Source: Candidatus Bathyarchaeia archaeon
GTDB taxonomy: Archaea > Thermoproteota > Bathyarchaeia > Bathyarchaeales > Bathycorpusculaceae
NCBI GenBank assembly: GCA_050010515.1
Contig: JBEKKX010000004.1
Coordinates: forward strand, 21,199-85,198
DNA length: 64,000 bases
Direction: 5' to 3'
The position numbers and the translations under genes are program-made. This document shows, piece by piece, positions 1 through 10,572 of this stretch (position 1 is the first letter of the stretch; each line of letters begins with the position of its first letter). The notes under the pieces are model-generated. The model was not told the origin of the DNA. It ran no database searches and worked only from the letters and a program-made list of their open reading frames with translations.

Positions 1-1204
1 GGCGGTCGATGAGTTCTTGCAGAGTTAAGCCTTTGTATGGTGCAAGTTCCTCTAAGAGTTCGGCGATGTGGAGTATGTTTTTGCCGTTTGGGTGCCCAGA
101 AGCCTCAATAAAGTTGCCTTCTGGCTTTAGCCCGTAAATGTGGACTGCCAATTCAGCGTCGGCAGGAGGCAGCGTGTCGAGCACTTCGTCTATGGTCCAG
201 AGGTAGAATTTGCCTTCTTCGCCTTCTGTGTCCGCATCCTGCGCTGAGTAAAATCCTCCTTGGGGCGCCGCTAAATCGCGCAGGGTGTAGTCCAGGGTTT
301 CTTTGGCAGCGAGTGCATAGCGTCTAGCGCCTGTTGCCTGAAAAGCTTCTGTGTAAGCTATTGCTATTAGTGCTTGGTCGTAGAGCATTTTTTCAAAGTG
401 AGGAACCAACCATTTTTTGTCGGTGCTGTATCGGTGGAAACCGAAGCCTAGCTGGTCGTATATGCCGCCTAGGCGCATTTGCGTTAGCGTTTTTTCAACC
501 ATGGCTAGAGCGTTTTTTTGGTCTGTTTTCGCATAATAGTGTAGTAGGAATAGGAGCGTGTGGGACCTTGGAAATTTGGGTGCTGTACCGAAGCCGCCGT
601 TTTCGTTGTCAAAGTCCAGTGTTAAGCGATCGTAGGCGTCTTGGAGGGCTTCTTTGCCGAGTTCTTTTTGAGGTGTTCTTTTTTCCATTGCTTCTATGCG
701 GCTCTTTATGTCTGCTCCCACAATTTCTAATTGCGAGCGCTGCATTTTCCATATTTGCATGACTTGAGGAACAAGATCCAACATGCCAACTAATCCGGCT
801 CGGCTATGTTTTGGTATGTAGCTTGCGGCGAAAAACGGGTTAAGCTTGGGCGTCATGAGTATGTTGAGTGGCCAGCCGCAGTTTCTGCCCATAGCTTGAC
901 AAACAGCCATGTATGCAGCGTCTAAGTCGGGCCTTTCTTCACGGTCAACCTTAACGCAGACAAACGATTGGTTTAGCAGGGCAGCGACTTCCTGATCGCT
1001 GAAGCATTCCTCTTCCATGACGTGGCACCAGTGGCAACTGGCGTAACCTATGCTGACGAAAATCGGTTTGTCTTCAGCTTTAGCTTTATCTATGGCTTCT
1101 TGACCCCACGGAAACCAGTCTACTGGGTTGTAAGCGTGCTGGAGAAGATAGAGGCTTTTTTCATTAATCAACCTGTTTGGCTTGTTTACTTGATTTGGCT
1201 GCAA
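1..1204 (-). CDS. Thioredoxin-domain protein, YyaL/SSP411 (DUF255) family; runs off the window edge
   Basis: Not in the ORF track. Manual minus-strand translation from TTG at 1204 gives [33 protein letters not shown]...[18 protein letters not shown]...[11 protein letters not shown], the YyaL N-terminal signature. Confidence 0.9.
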   Translation of the reverse strand, partial: MQPNQVNKPNRLINEKSLYLLQHAYNPVDWFPWGQEAIDKAKAEDKPIFVSIGYASCHWCHVMEEECFSDQEVAALLNQSFVCVKVDREERPDLDAAYMAVCQAMGRNCGWPLNILMTPKLNPFFAASYIPKHSRAGLVGMLDLVPQVMQIWKMQRSQLEIVGADIKSRIEAMEKRTPQKELGKEALQDAYDRLTLDFDNENGGFGTAPKFPRSHTLLFLLHYYAKTDQKNALAMVEKTLTQMRLGGIYDQLGFGFHRYSTDKKWLVPHFEKMLYDQALIAIAYTEAFQATGARRYALAAKETLDYTLRDLAAPQGGFYSAQDADTEGEEGKFYLWTIDEVLDTLPPADAELAVHIYGLKPEGNFIEASGHPNGKNILHIAELLEELAPYKGLTLQELIDR

Positions 1205-1356
1205 AAACTATACCTTCCTGTTACAGTTATTTACTGTGCGCGTTTTTATTAAAGTGTTCGAGTGAGAAAAATCCAGTCTCATGAGGTTTTGAATCTGTAC
1301 AAATGCTCTTAATTGCTGCTTCATAACAGATAAATCAATTCTAGACTGACATATTC

Positions 1357-1545
1357 ATGATTGCTATGAGCAACAATTCGGAAATTCCCTGCTCTGCCTG
1401 TCATAAGTGGGATGCAAAGGCAAAAAGTTTCTCCTGTAAACCCAACGAATGCAGAAAGCTTTCTGAATGGCTTTTTGATCACGCTCAAATGGAACCTGCG
1501 GAAAACATGCAATTTGCCATAGCCCCAATTCAATACGTAGTTTAA
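1357..1545 (+). CDS. Small Cys-containing hypothetical protein
   Basis: 62-aa ORF with CxxC...CxPxxC, a possible metal-binding motif. No family recognised. Confidence 0.45.
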   Translation: MIAMSNNSEIPCSACHKWDAKAKSFSCKPNECRKLSEWLFDHAQMEPAENMQFAIAPIQYVV

Positions 1546-1581
1546 AAATTTCCGGTAATCGCTTCTCTTTTACTATTGTTT

Positions 1582-1914
1582 TTATTTTTTTGTTAAGGTT
1601 TCTGGGTCAATTGGATTGAGTTTTCCGTTTTTGCCTATGACATATAATTGAAAGTCGTATTCTTTGCAGTAGTTTTTAAAATCTCTGTATTGTGTTCTGT
1701 TGCCTTCAAAATCTTTTTCATTCACTACTTCACAAATTCGTTTTAAGCAACCTTTATGTGCCAAAACATCCGGAATAACACCGCCGATCTCGGAAGGTTT
1801 TTCCCAGCCTTGGGTGTTCGCCTTTACCAGCCAGTTGTCTTTTTTGAGGTCTTCAGCAATAGTTCTTACGCATTCGTCATGAGTGTTTGGTTCTTCAGAT
1901 TTTTTCTTTGTCAC
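1582..1914 (-). CDS. Hypothetical protein, possible PD-(D/E)XK-like fold
   Basis: 110-aa ORF with IPDVLA...ICEV motif; an upstream TTTAAATA TATA-like box lies near 1947-1954. Confidence 0.6.
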   Translation of the reverse strand: MTKKKSEEPNTHDECVRTIAEDLKKDNWLVKANTQGWEKPSEIGGVIPDVLAHKGCLKRICEVVNEKDFEGNRTQYRDFKNYCKEYDFQLYVIGKNGKLNPIDPETLTKK

Positions 1915-2314
1915 TGTCTACACCTATTGATTGTTGTTGTAAGTGTTTATTTAAAGATTTAAACAGCCAACTTGCCTTTTTCTGAATTAAGCTGCAAAAA
2001 GGGATCTTCCTACTTCCATAATGAGCCTGCTGTTTGTTAAACTGTAATGGCAAGAAAATTCAAGGGCCGACTAAATTTTGTTCTGGTTGTTTTAGGTTAA
2101 TTTTGGGGCAGGGCTTGAATGTTTGCAGGTTGAGTTTAGATTTGTCTCTATGCGTCACTGGGCGTCACTACGCGTCAAGGGGCCTCAAAGAATCCTACAT
2201 GCCGATAAAGAGAAGCAGTCTGGAGAAAAATAATTTATCAATAAACATTATTCGGTTTCAGGATAAGTCAGTGCGCTTATTAATTTGTTTCTGGGATTAT
2301 TATGATGAGGAAAG

Positions 2315-3352
2315 TTGTCGCTTCTGGATAAAAAACTCGTGGTCGTGGGGGCGGGCGCCATTGGGTCAAGCGTGGCTGGGTGGATCGCGCCTCACTATGA
2401 AGGGTTATGGTTGTTAGCTCGAGGCGAAAGCACAGCAGCAATTAAAAGCCAAGGGTTGAAATTTTACCTTAAAGGTGAAGAGGCTAAGGCTGTTCCTATC
2501 TCAGTCAAGGTCATCGAGTCTTTAAGTGAAATCTCCCTTCCTGACATAATAATTGTCGCCGTGAAAAACTATGACCTTGACGCGACGGCGCGGATGTTGC
2601 GGGAACAGCTTGGGTCTCATCAGCCAATCATTGTGGCGCTGCAGAATGGTGTGGAAAATCAGCGGGTTCTTCCCAAATATTTTACGAAGGTCATTTATGG
2701 CGTGGTGTGTTTCAATGCGTGGCGGGATGGTCCGGGAAAGGTGGGACACCAGAAGCATGGATATATAATTCTGGGCACTCCTGCGAATGATTTACAGTCT
2801 GAGCAGCGGGAGGTTGCAGCTATTCTTCGGCTTGGATTGGATTGTTCGCTCACGGACCGTTTGGAAGATGCGGTTCACTGTAAGTTGGCGGTTAACCTTA
2901 CGAATGTTTTGACCACTCTTGTCGGTTTCCCGAACGTCCCTGACAGGTCCTTCAGTGAGATTGCACAAATGTCGGCAAGAATTATTTGGGAAGGGATTCA
3001 GGTTCTTCAGGCAGCGGGGTTCAAGGAGCATAAGCTTGGCAGTATCCCTTCTTGGAATACGATTAGAATGAGCGTTAGGCTTCCAGCATCAGTCATCAAA
3101 GTTTTTTACAGATTCACTGTGCGGGAAGAACTCGGCATGAATAGCACGGCGCAGGACATTTTCGCGGGGAAAGCCACTACTGAACTTGAATCTCTAAATG
3201 GGTACATGTTGAGTCTTGCCCAGAAAGTGGGAGTGCAAATGCCCATCAACCAGACCATTTATGAAATCGCGAAGGAACGGTTTGGTCCGGATTTCGAGCC
3301 GATGGCGGAGAAGGAGTTGTGGACTGCGATTCAAAATCTACTTAAACGGTAA
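2315..3352 (+). CDS. panE: 2-dehydropantoate 2-reductase family (ketopantoate reductase)
   Basis: GAGAIG Rossmann motif, AVKNYD, LQNG, KLAVN and TELESLNG motifs. Confidence 0.8.
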   Translation: MSLLDKKLVVVGAGAIGSSVAGWIAPHYEGLWLLARGESTAAIKSQGLKFYLKGEEAKAVPISVKVIESLSEISLPDIIIVAVKNYDLDATARMLREQLGSHQPIIVALQNGVENQRVLPKYFTKVIYGVVCFNAWRDGPGKVGHQKHGYIILGTPANDLQSEQREVAAILRLGLDCSLTDRLEDAVHCKLAVNLTNVLTTLVGFPNVPDRSFSEIAQMSARIIWEGIQVLQAAGFKEHKLGSIPSWNTIRMSVRLPASVIKVFYRFTVREELGMNSTAQDIFAGKATTELESLNGYMLSLAQKVGVQMPINQTIYEIAKERFGPDFEPMAEKELWTAIQNLLKR

Positions 3353-3553
3353 GGCAGCGTCTGATCACTTGTATTGCGAGGGCTCCGAATATTAAGTAAC
3401 TTGCTATCAAGTAGCCGAGTATGTCGCCGGTGCACAGTGATGTTAATAGCGTCTTCACTTCTTATCTATTGCAGATTACAATCATCATTGGCATAATCGA
3501 ATTCAGGCAAAGTGTTCAATTCACGCTTAACGTCTTTGGAGAACTCTTTTGAT

Positions 3554-5824
3554 CTATCGTTTCCTGGGTATGTCGAATTCGAATCTTGCGCCTTTTCCAA
3601 GGTCGCCTGTCTCTTTGACTGCCCATCCGTAGATGTCGCAGGTTCTTTTTATCAGGTATAGGCCAAAGCCGGTGCCGTGTCCGAAGCCTTTTACGAACAA
3701 GTGCGTTTTGGCTTCTTCATCTATGCCTCCGCCGTCGTCTTCGTAGATGATTCTTTCGGATCCGTCTTTTTCTTTGCGGTGGTAGACTTTTATCTGGGTT
3801 AGGTTTTTGCCGTATTTGAGCGAGTTGTCGATTAGGTTGTGGAACACGGTTGTCAGCATAGAGTCAGCAAGTATGTTGAAGCCTCTGCATTCGTTAGTTA
3901 TTTTGGCGCCTTTGAGTTCGCTGAAGAGAGAGGCTGCTTGGTCAATCGCTTTTCCCACGTCTGTCAGGGTGCGTTGCTCGCTTCCTAGTGATTCGTAGTT
4001 TTTGGCGAACTCGAGTATGCAGGTAATGTTTGTGACTGCTAGGCTAATCTGGTTTAGATATTGGTTTATTTTCGGGTCGCTGCCTGCGTGCTTCTTGACT
4101 AGGTAGGCATTTCCTTCGATGGTCATCAGTTTGTTGCGGACGTCGTGCCGGGTGAAGCTTCCGATTACGCTGAGCTTTTCGTTAAGCATTTCTGAGTGCT
4201 TGAGTGCTGCTTCAATCTTCTCCTCTGCGGCGACTTCGTTCGTCATGTCTTTGTAAACAGTCACGCTTCCGATTCTTTTGTCACCGACCGAAACGGAGGC
4301 TAAAGAGACAAACACCTGCAGCGTCGAACCGTCTTTGCGTTTTCTCTTTGATTGAAAACTCACTGCGTGGCTACCGCTTTTTTCGATGTTGTTCTGCATT
4401 TCCTGTTTTAGTTCTTCGGGAACAAGAATATCTATCAGGTTTTTGCCTCGGACCTCCTCTGGCGTGAACCCGAAGACTTCAGTGAATTTGGGGTTAATGC
4501 TGATAACGCAGAAGTTTTCGTCAGAGTATGCAACCGCTTGGGGGTTTGAATTAAACAAGGCCTTGAATTCTTCCCGACTTTCCCTGAGCTCTTTTTCTCT
4601 TTGTTTTTTCTCAGTTATGTCCACGCAGATTTCTGAGGCTGCTGTGATGTTTCCGTTTTTGTTTCTGATTGGGGAAGCGACGATTTCAACCCAGTAAGGT
4701 CGGCCTTCGAGTGTTGTGGAGAAGTATTCGTGTGAATCTACTTCAGTTTTTCCGGCGAAGATTTTTGCGACGCCGCAGTCTGAGCAGGGTGCGTTCAGAG
4801 TGTTCAGGACAGTGTAGCACAGTTTTCCAATTGAATCTCCCTTGTACTCACGGATAAAGTTGTTCGCGTATATTATGTGATAGTCTTTGCTGATGATTAC
4901 AAAGCCCGCGCCGATGCTTTGAGTCAGCGCCTCAAGCATGTCTCGGTCTTCTCGGACTTTTTCTTCCATTTTCTTGCGCTCGGTGATGTCTTCAAGTTCC
5001 ATTATGAAAAGAGAGATTTTGCCGTCTTTATCTCGTAATGCGCTTGCGTTGAGCTTTCCGTAAATTATGCTTCCGTCTTTTCTTATGTAACGTTTCTCTA
5101 AGCTGAAGGTAGGGATTCTTCCTGCTTTCAGATTTTCCACTTTGGCGACATTTTCTGAGAGGTCGTCAGGATGGGTGATTTCACTGAAAGTTAGGTTTCG
5201 TAGTTCGTCTTGCGTGTATCCGAGTATTTTGCAGAATGTGGCGTTTGCGGTCTCAAAAAGTTTGCTGGCGGAATGTGAAGCGGCAATCCCGATTGGAGCG
5301 TTCATGATTACGGCTTCTAATTGTTTCTCGCTGTAGTTGAGAGCGGACTTCGCCTGTTTCTTTTCAACGCTCTGACGGATGTAATGGGTCAGTTCGCCGT
5401 AAACCGTCTCGGGGTTTCCCTGTTTGTTTACGTACCCGTCTGCTCCGAGATTTAGCGCTTTGATGACTATTTCCTCTCTGCCTTTTCCAGTTAACAGTAT
5501 GAATGGAATTTCTGTTTTTTGTTCTCTGAGTTCCATGAGGAAATCTAGCCCGTTTTTAATGGGCATTTCGTAATCTGATACGATTGCGTCGTACGATGCG
5601 GATTCCATTTTAGTGCAGGCTTCCTCGACAGATTCGGCAGTGTCAACTTCGAAACTGCTTTCCAACGATAGGATCTGCTTAGAAACCTCTAGGAAAGAGG
5701 CATCATCGTCAACATATAGGATGTGCAGGCGTTTTTGTTTGACTTCACCTAAGTTAAGTTCTATTTGGGGTAACGGAATAACTGAGGGGGAAATCTCTTT
5801 GTGCTTCGCTGGTGCTTTTTCCAT
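3554..5824 (-). CDS. Hybrid sensor kinase: REC + multiple PAS + histidine kinase/HATPase
   Basis: LYVDDD/DYEMP receiver domain; PAS/PAC segments (HPDD, RKDGS); H-box RHDVRN; NLIDNSLKY, DDGGG and GTGFGL boxes. Confidence 0.92.
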   Translation of the reverse strand: MEKAPAKHKEISPSVIPLPQIELNLGEVKQKRLHILYVDDDASFLEVSKQILSLESSFEVDTAESVEEACTKMESASYDAIVSDYEMPIKNGLDFLMELREQKTEIPFILLTGKGREEIVIKALNLGADGYVNKQGNPETVYGELTHYIRQSVEKKQAKSALNYSEKQLEAVIMNAPIGIAASHSASKLFETANATFCKILGYTQDELRNLTFSEITHPDDLSENVAKVENLKAGRIPTFSLEKRYIRKDGSIIYGKLNASALRDKDGKISLFIMELEDITERKKMEEKVREDRDMLEALTQSIGAGFVIISKDYHIIYANNFIREYKGDSIGKLCYTVLNTLNAPCSDCGVAKIFAGKTEVDSHEYFSTTLEGRPYWVEIVASPIRNKNGNITAASEICVDITEKKQREKELRESREEFKALFNSNPQAVAYSDENFCVISINPKFTEVFGFTPEEVRGKNLIDILVPEELKQEMQNNIEKSGSHAVSFQSKRKRKDGSTLQVFVSLASVSVGDKRIGSVTVYKDMTNEVAAEEKIEAALKHSEMLNEKLSVIGSFTRHDVRNKLMTIEGNAYLVKKHAGSDPKINQYLNQISLAVTNITCILEFAKNYESLGSEQRTLTDVGKAIDQAASLFSELKGAKITNECRGFNILADSMLTTVFHNLIDNSLKYGKNLTQIKVYHRKEKDGSERIIYEDDGGGIDEEAKTHLFVKGFGHGTGFGLYLIKRTCDIYGWAVKETGDLGKGARFEFDIPRKR

Positions 5825-6150
5825 AAATCAAGAGTCACTATGAAGAGACTATAAGGATTATTAAGCCGCAATTCTGATTACTAATCATTTTCCAAACAAT
5901 CGTGCATTTTATTGATCAAGAATGACATCTGTTCTCGTTTTGACCTCTCAGACAGTGGCAAGGCATCGTCAGTTTTTGTGTCTGCGGGGCTATCCAAAGC
6001 AACCGAACCATCAACAACGCAGGCTTCTTGTCCACAGTGCTCCTTTATCTTGTGAGTTTTGCGTTATTTTCCAGAATGATAGGCCGCTAGCGCTGCTCTT
6101 TGTTTGGGGTTAAGCTAATATAGTCTGTGAGGGTTACTTGGGGGCAGTGT

Positions 6151-6188
6151 GGTAGTTTCCGTATATAACCTACCTTAAAAAACCCGGG
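6151..6188 (+). ncRNA. Candidate preQ1-I (preQ0/preQ1) riboswitch aptamer
   Basis: 5-bp stem GGTAG/CTACC, loop TTTCCGTATATAAC ending in AC, A6 tail, then CCCGGG able to pair with loop TCCG. Sits immediately 5' of queT. Confidence 0.7.
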
Positions 6189-6197
6189 TTGAATGAA

Positions 6198-6689
6198 ATG
6201 AGATTAAATACTAAAAAATTAGCAGTTGTTACTGTTTTTGCCGCTTTGTATGCGGTTGGAGTTATTTTTTTGGCGCCGATAAGTTTTGGAGTCTTTCAAG
6301 TAAGGGTAGCTGATGCGCTGTTGCCGCTGTCGATGATTTTTGGGCTCCCAAGTGCGCTGGGCCTTAGTTTGGGCTGCATAGTTTCTAACGTTTATGGCGG
6401 GCTTGGAATAATTGATATTGTTGGCGGTGCAGCTGCAAATCTTGTTGCTTGCACTTTGGCTTGGTATATTGGTCGTAAAGGAAGGGGTGCTCAGCGGTTT
6501 CTGGGAACTGTTGCAGAAACAGTAGCTGTTGCTTTGATTGTTGGAGGATACCTCTCACTGATATTTCAGGTTCCACTTGAAATCAGTCTCTTAGGAGTAC
6601 TTATTGGCGAAACGATAGCGATAAACCTTATAGGCTTCCCCATAGAAGAAGCGATAAGACGGAGCAAAATTTTTAGAAAATACAGCTAG
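6198..6689 (+). CDS. queT: QueT-family queuosine/7-deazaguanine precursor transporter
   Basis: AALYAV...APISFGVFQVRVADAL...LGCIVSN...DIVGG family signature. ATG 6198 is preferred over the in-frame TTG at 6189. Confidence 0.85.
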   Translation: MRLNTKKLAVVTVFAALYAVGVIFLAPISFGVFQVRVADALLPLSMIFGLPSALGLSLGCIVSNVYGGLGIIDIVGGAAANLVACTLAWYIGRKGRGAQRFLGTVAETVAVALIVGGYLSLIFQVPLEISLLGVLIGETIAINLIGFPIEEAIRRSKIFRKYS

Positions 6690-7019
6690 AAGCTTAATTG
6701 TTCGAGAGAGAAGGGGATTTTGTTCTGTTTGTTTTGGGTTGCTTTTTGTAAAAAGTTATTTAAACGTTTTAATAATCTGAAACATAAAAAAATAGCGCTT
6801 GCGGATTATCGTTTCATTTTATGATACCTTATTTCTTAAACAGAAATGAAGATTATCAAGCAACATACCTGCGTTAAGCAAGTAAAATTTGTCGCGCATA
6901 CATCGTGCCTGTGTTGTGTTGTGGGTTGATATGAATTTGAAATTCACAAAGATTAACTTTAGCAAAAAAGACATTTCGGTTATAAGACGTCTTTAAGCGC
7001 TGAGAAGTGTGATGTTGGT

Positions 7020-7832
7020 TTGTCTGGAGATTTAGCTCAGAGTCCGTTGATAGAGGTTTCTGGGGTTTCTAAGCGATTTGGTTCTTTTTTGGCTTTGGAC
7101 AATTTGAGTTTGCGTGTAATGCCTGGGGAGGTTTTTGGTTTGTTGGGTCCAAATGGCGCTGGGAAGACCACGACCATCAAAGTCATAATGGGATTGGTGG
7201 TGCCGTCTTCTGGTAAGATAAGTGTTTGCGGCTTTGACCCCCTTAGCGGCTCAGTTGAGGTGAAGGCGAGAATTGGTTATGTGGCTGAGAATCCCATTGT
7301 ATATGAGAGTTTGTCTCCGAGGGATTTTTTTGAGTTTGTTGTGTCAATGCGGAGAATTGATCAGGTTGCTGCTAATCGGATGGTGTCTCGGTTGGCGGAT
7401 GCTTTTGATTTGGCGCAATATTTTGATTCGCCGATAGCGACTTTGTCGATGGGGCTTAAGCAGAAGGTGGCTTTGATTGCTTCGTTTATCCATCAGCCGC
7501 CTATTTTGCTTTTGGATGAGCCTTTGAATGGATTGGACGCTAGGAGTAGTCGAATTGTGAAGGATTTGGTGTCTTTGCACGCCCAAAGGGGTGGGGCAGT
7601 TTTGTTTTCTACGCACATAATGGAGATTGCCGAGCACGTCTGTACGAGGATTGGAATTATTGATCATGGTAAGGTGATTGCTGAGGGAACGCTTGAGCAG
7701 TTGAGGAGTAAAACTGAGGGCAAGAGCTCCTCTTTGGAGGAGGTTTTTTTGAAGTTGACTAATGAGGAAGCTGCGGTTGCTGATACAGCGAGGATGCTTA
7801 GGGAGGCATTCCTTGGGAATGAAACTCACTGA
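7020..7832 (+). CDS. ABC-2-type transporter ATP-binding protein
   Basis: Walker A GPNGAGKTT, signature LSMGLKQ, Walker B LLLDEP, H-loop STH. Confidence 0.93.
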   Translation: MSGDLAQSPLIEVSGVSKRFGSFLALDNLSLRVMPGEVFGLLGPNGAGKTTTIKVIMGLVVPSSGKISVCGFDPLSGSVEVKARIGYVAENPIVYESLSPRDFFEFVVSMRRIDQVAANRMVSRLADAFDLAQYFDSPIATLSMGLKQKVALIASFIHQPPILLLDEPLNGLDARSSRIVKDLVSLHAQRGGAVLFSTHIMEIAEHVCTRIGIIDHGKVIAEGTLEQLRSKTEGKSSSLEEVFLKLTNEEAAVADTARMLREAFLGNETH

Positions 7833-9441
7833 AGCTTGGCGCTTAAGCAAACTGCCGTATAGAGAAGTGGTGTACAGGTCATTAGCGCAGGAAAGGGGTC
7901 GTATGTGGTGGGGGGCTTTTGGAAGAAATCCCTCTGACAGAGACGCATATGAAGACGTTGAGTTAAGCAAAAGAGCGTTACGGATCGCTAAGTTTGACAA
8001 ACTGGTAGTTGCGGTGTTTAATCTTATAGTTTCGGTGGTTCCTTTTGCGTCGCTTTTACTGGGTTCTACAGCGCTGGGTTTGACCAGTTCGGTTTCTCTG
8101 AGTTTAATCATTACGTTTGGGTTTATGACTTTGTACGCAATTCAGACACTTTCTTCTTTTGTTAGCGCGGAGTCCTCAGCGTTGCTTTCTACTCTGCCCA
8201 TTACCTCAAATGACTTTTCATTAGTGACGCTGTTTTCTTTTGTTAGGTCTGTAGATTACCTAGTGGTTGGTTCTGTTTTGAGTCAGGTTGTTTTAGTGGC
8301 TTACCTCACATTGTCCCCTGTAGCTACTGCGCTGATGTTTGGTGCTTCTTTGATGAATTCGGTTTTTGCTGTCGCCGTTGCACTTTGGTTTTCGAGAGTT
8401 TTCCACAAGAACTACTTGCGTGGCGGAAGATCGAAGCGTACCACCCTATTTCGGGGTTTTTTCGTCTTGGTTTGGGGATGCTTGCTTCTGGGGGTAGGTT
8501 TACTTTTGAGCATGCCTTATTATGTTCTTCCTGTTTTGGACAAGGCGTTGCTTAGCGTTAACACTTTATCTGGTATTCTGCTTAGTTTTGTCTATCCGTT
8601 CTCGGCTGGCCTAGCCATCGCAAAATTGTCTGGTTCCAGTGTGCCCCTCGTTACTGTGTTTGGGGCATCGGTTGCTATGGCAGCTTATGCATTAGCAGCT
8701 TGGTTTTCGGCTAAGTGGAGTTTAGGCACGGTGAAGCGCATTTCTATAGGTGCGGGTGTGAGAATTGACAGATTGAGAGCCGTGGATTTCCAGATTAAGG
8801 CGCGCGGTCCTTTGCGAGGCTACGTCACGAAAGATTTACGGGTCACTTCGAGGAACCCAGCCACTGCATTCTTTTTTGCGCTTCCTGTTTTTGAGACGGT
8901 GATTGTGGCGTTTCTGGCGACGAATTATGAGGTGCTTAGGGCTTCAACGGTAATTGTGGCTACTTCTATGGGTGCTATTTTTACTCTGTTAGTTCCTCTT
9001 GCTCTTGTGAGTTCTGAGGGGAAGGAGATTGAATATGCTAAGACTTTGCCGATTACTCCCCAAAGAATGGTGTCTTCTAAAGCTCTAATAACGATGGCGA
9101 CCTACGTTCCAGTACCTTTTGCCCTGGTTTGCCTTGCATTGCTCAAGCCGTTGACCTCATGGTTTACGATTTTGATACCGTTTTTCATGGTAATTTCGGT
9201 AGTTTCTGCAAGCATCTTTGAGATCATGCTTTTTCTGCGCTCTGTTGGCAGAAGTAAAATAGCGGGGATAGTTAATGATGCGGAAAAGATCTTTGCAGGG
9301 CTTCTCACGATTCTTGTGCCGGAAGCTGCTTACGTGGTGGCTTACCTCATCTTATTTAACCATGCATTTGCAGCTCTGACGATGGGTGGAGTTACACTTG
9401 CAGAACTGTGGATAGCTCTTTACGTGCTTGGGCGTAAATAA
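7819..9441 (+). CDS. ABC transporter permease (multi-TM)
   Basis: About 12-14 hydrophobic segments; overlaps the ATPase stop. ATG 7819 is in frame with ORF 7762. Confidence 0.8.
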   Translation: MKLTEAWRLSKLPYREVVYRSLAQERGRMWWGAFGRNPSDRDAYEDVELSKRALRIAKFDKLVVAVFNLIVSVVPFASLLLGSTALGLTSSVSLSLIITFGFMTLYAIQTLSSFVSAESSALLSTLPITSNDFSLVTLFSFVRSVDYLVVGSVLSQVVLVAYLTLSPVATALMFGASLMNSVFAVAVALWFSRVFHKNYLRGGRSKRTTLFRGFFVLVWGCLLLGVGLLLSMPYYVLPVLDKALLSVNTLSGILLSFVYPFSAGLAIAKLSGSSVPLVTVFGASVAMAAYALAAWFSAKWSLGTVKRISIGAGVRIDRLRAVDFQIKARGPLRGYVTKDLRVTSRNPATAFFFALPVFETVIVAFLATNYEVLRASTVIVATSMGAIFTLLVPLALVSSEGKEIEYAKTLPITPQRMVSSKALITMATYVPVPFALVCLALLKPLTSWFTILIPFFMVISVVSASIFEIMLFLRSVGRSKIAGIVNDAEKIFAGLLTILVPEAAYVVAYLILFNHAFAALTMGGVTLAELWIALYVLGRK

Positions 9442-9618
9442 GAATTTGCGGACCATGTTATTTCTATGCAGGTTTTATTGGGCTGTTTGAGTGAGAAAAT
9501 TCAGGGTTAGTTAAATTTTTGTTCAAGACAAAGATGTTGCTTGAGCTAATGCAAAGAAACGCTTCAGTAAACGTTAAATTTTGGTTAAGGGTGTCATTTT
9601 CTGTTAGGTGAAAATGTA

Positions 9619-10188
9619 ATGCCGCAAGTTGAAAAGGCGCAGGGGCCTAAAGGAGCAAAAAAAACGGACCTTAATACTGTTTTGGATGTCGCGAAAAAGC
9701 GGGCGGAGGAGCTGGGAATCAAGTCGGTCATTGTGGCTTCCACCAAAGGAGAGACCGGGGTTAAGGCGGCAGAGATGTTTAGAGGCTATAATGTTGTGGT
9801 GGTAACGCATAGCACGGGCTTTAGCGGGGTGGACGTTCAGGAATTGACACCAGAGAATCGGGAACGCATTCTAAAGGCTGGCGGCAAAATCTTGACAACC
9901 ACACACGCATTTGGGGGCTTAGGTCGGGCAGTCAGGAGAAAGTTTAGCACTTACCAATCTGACGAGATCGTTGCGAACACGCTGCGCGTTTTTGGTCAAG
10001 GAACCAAGGTGGCGATTGAAATTGCGTTGATGGCGGCTGATTCAGGACTTGTAAGTGTTAAAGAGGACGTGATTTCCATAGGCGGATCGGGCCATGGAGC
10101 TGACACAGCTCTTGTGCTTCAGCCAGCCAACGTTCAGGATTTCTTTGATGTGAAAGTACGCGAGATCATTTGTAAACCTTGGCTGTGA
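9619..10188 (+). CDS. Pyruvate kinase C-terminal-like alpha/beta domain protein (MTH1675-like)
   Basis: VVASTKGETG, VVVTH, FGQGTKVAIEIALMAADSG, GGSGHGADTA and REIICKP motifs. Confidence 0.8.
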   Translation: MPQVEKAQGPKGAKKTDLNTVLDVAKKRAEELGIKSVIVASTKGETGVKAAEMFRGYNVVVVTHSTGFSGVDVQELTPENRERILKAGGKILTTTHAFGGLGRAVRRKFSTYQSDEIVANTLRVFGQGTKVAIEIALMAADSGLVSVKEDVISIGGSGHGADTALVLQPANVQDFFDVKVREIICKPWL

Positions 10189-10572
10189 AAACCTACCGAG
10201 GCTTTTGAGCCCGCGGTTTTGAATAAAGAGCGGGTTCAGCCTTAAAGCATGCCTAGTTTTAAACAGAGAAGCGGCTGCGTTTAGATTGTTTTTACTGGAA
10301 ATATCCACACAAGTCTGTTATTCCCTGTAAAATCCCGTTGATCCTTCGGGTAAGGTCGCCCAACCAATTTAGCCTCTCCACGGTATTTATATAAGGGTTG
10401 CTTTCACGGGTTCTGTGAAGTCTTCGTTTGGTAAGTTTTATTGGGAAAATTCGTTTGGTAAGATTCTGTTAGGTTTCTACAACCCCTTTGCCCGTTGACC
10501 TTCTTTTGTGTTTAACTACGGTGTGCGCTGAGTTGACTATGTATATTTTGAATCAAGATTGGTTTTGAGAAA

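Noticed and set aside
334-1252. Plus-strand ORFs 334-762 and 1022-1252
   Set aside because: Antisense shadows of the YyaL-family gene on the minus strand.
10423-10462. TTCGTTTGGTAAG x2 as a possible mini-CRISPR
   Set aside because: Only two 13-bp units with a 14-nt gap; explained as terminal/subterminal motifs of the IS6 element; no cas genes.
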